Source: Gonapodya sp. JEL0774 (Eukaryota). From it: a stretch of 48,729 nt of DNA. Shown here piece by piece: positions 46,901-48,729 of the stretch. Made by a program: the position numbers and the translations under genes. The stretch covers positions 62,001 to 110,729 of the forward strand of contig JADIIX010000072.1 of assembly GCA_027604505.1 (NCBI GenBank). Reading direction: 5' to 3'. Position 1 is the first letter of the stretch. Every line of letters begins with the position of its first letter. Below the pieces are notes generated by a model that had not been told where the DNA came from, did no database searches, and saw nothing but the letters and a program-made list of their open reading frames with translations.

Positions 46901-48729
46901 TCCCGATCCTGATCCTGAAACAGCGGCGGGCTCACCAGCAGGTTTGGGATTCATCCCCACCCCTCCGAACGGTCTCGCATCCGGTTGCATTTGAAACGAT
47001 GGTGCGAGAGGGTTCAGCCCATTCCTCTGTGCTGCGATACCTGGGACCGATACGGATCCCGCTGCGGCTCGAAAAAGATCCAACGGCACGGCAGGGAGTG
47101 CGGGAGCCATCAAAGGTCGTGAGGTTGTCGTGGCGGACGGTTGTAAGGGCCCGGTCGTCGTCGTTGTCGGGGACCTGGCAACACCAAGACTCGGTACCGG
47201 GAGCTTCACCGGTGGGCGAGCAGGAGCCACCGCAACATCATCGCCTTCGACGACACCCCCTGTCGTTAAATCGATCGGATGCCGAGTGAACTTGCGCTCG
47301 AAGTCGGGCACCATGAGCGGTGCGGGGGAACCCCCTGGTCGGGTGACGCCGAGAATGAGCTGGAAGTCGCTGATACCTCGCCGCTTGGACTCGACGATGG
47401 AGTAGTTGCGGTGCCGGAGGAAATCTGTGGGGTTGTTGTGGTGGTTTTGGCACCACGGAGAACAAAAATACATGTGAGCACACGACACGAACGACGCAGA
47501 CAATTTGGAGGGGGGGATAAAGCCGTGGCTTCCCTCCCCCCACGCCCACCTCCATCGCAAAAACAACAAAAAAAAACTTACTTCCCCTTGCCCCTACACC
47601 AAACCTCACCACCTTCCTCCCCTCCTTCTCTGCCACCTCCACCCCCTCCACGCTCCCCCTTTCCACATTCTCCTCCAACTCCCCCGGGTCCATCCCCCAC
47701 ATATCCTCCACCTCGTCCACCCCCCACTCGTCCATCCTCTGCGTCCCGTCCGCCGCCGTCTTGTACCTCGCCGTTGACCGGGCCACGGTGAGCAGATTCG
47801 CGGCCCTCACCGCGTCGAACTGCATCTCGGCCAAACACGCCACCAAGACGTCCGTCTCCTCGTCCTTCACAATCTCGAAAAACCTCGCGGCGTTCCCTTG
47901 CTGCCCCTGCGCAATGTACCGCTTGGGGTCGTGAACGCGTGTCGTCGACGCGGCGGGCGCGGGCGGCGGGACCCGAAACTGGGCCAGCTGGGTCAACTCG
48001 ACTGCGCGTTGGACGCACGGGGAAAAGAATACCTCGGGACGCCACCGGCGTTCCCCGTGGGTGGTCAGGTTGGTTTCGTTGGGGAACAGGAGGAGATGGT
48101 ACGCGCGGAACTCGGCCTCGTTGGGGGAGGGGGGACCGAGGTTGTCGTCGTAGATTTCCATGAGAGATTTGAGGACTGGAATAGGAGATGGGGGTTGTGC
48201 GGGAATGGCCGTCGGAGGAAATGAAAATGAGTGGTGTCAAATACAACGGCCCCTTCCCCACAAAACCTCGCTGGGCAAGAACGCCCCGCACCCAAGTCCC
48301 ACACATCCCTTTCGCCCCGCACCTCCGAAATAAGGACCATCATCACCAACCAAAATAAGGCGACAAACTCTCTTCAAAAATGAGCCATCCCAACCCGTGC
48401 CCGCCTCCTCGCGCATCCCCTTTCCCCACAGTCACTTCCTCCACCCCCTACTCACACCTCTGCAACCTCTCCAAATTCTGCTTCGGCGAATTCTCCCCGT
48501 CCTCCCTCTCCTCCCTACACACGTGCGCGGCCCACAAGACGTACCTGACCATGAGCTCGTAGAGCTGCATGGCGAGGGGTCCCGTGGCGGATTGCACCGA
48601 CAGGTCGTGGGAGATGGCGCGCAGGCGGTTGTCCAGGAACTTGTGCACGGTGAGAAGAGGGAGGCGTTTGGCGACCAGGATGTCGCAGAGGAGGTGGTCG
48701 AGTGTTTGCTGGAGGAGGTGGCGGGGGGG
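43920..48729 (-). CDS. SAC3: SAC3/GANP family TREX-2 mRNA-export scaffold (5'-partial)
   Basis: Motifs: LQQTLDHLL, HKFLDNRLRAISHDLSVQ, LYELMVRY, KQNLERLQ, LMEIYDD, PNEAEFRAYHLLL, NAARFFEIV, LVACLAEMQF, YSIVESKR. A Pro-rich linker, a helical CID-like segment and a GANP-like C-terminal region follow. The gene continues beyond the right edge. Confidence 0.85.

Overview
Eukaryotic, intron-rich genomic DNA, most likely from a zoosporic (flagellated) fungus such as a chytrid or monoblepharid. This is inferred from a fungal-type HOM2 and Rim15-like kinase occurring alongside the axonemal gene CFAP45 and the centriolar gene CEP57. I can support 13 protein-coding genes, left to right: (1) a glycogenin-type GT8 with a very long Pro/Glu repeat tail that crosses an N-gap and runs off the left edge, (2) a CaMK-family kinase, (3) a membrane-anchored GH26 hydrolase, (4) a secreted beta-propeller-like protein, (5) a CEP57-like protein, (6) an orphan disordered RG-repeat protein, (7) an intronless HOM2, (8) CFAP45, (9) a B-type cyclin, (10) a hidden seven-micro-exon gene, (11) a CASC3/Btz-like protein, (12) a Rim15/Greatwall-like kinase and (13) SAC3/GANP, which runs off the right edge. 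The best find is gene 10 at 32136-33171, which the ORF track cannot show. Spliced, it encodes a ~93-aa protein resembling the small ACT/NikR-C-fold TM1266-like proteins of anaerobic bacteria, some of which are linked to [FeFe]-hydrogenase maturation genes. There is also a C/D-box snoRNA candidate and a degenerate tandem duplication of the GH26 3' end. All family calls come from motif recognition by eye, not database searches. Exon boundaries were read manually from GT-AG signals and frame continuity.
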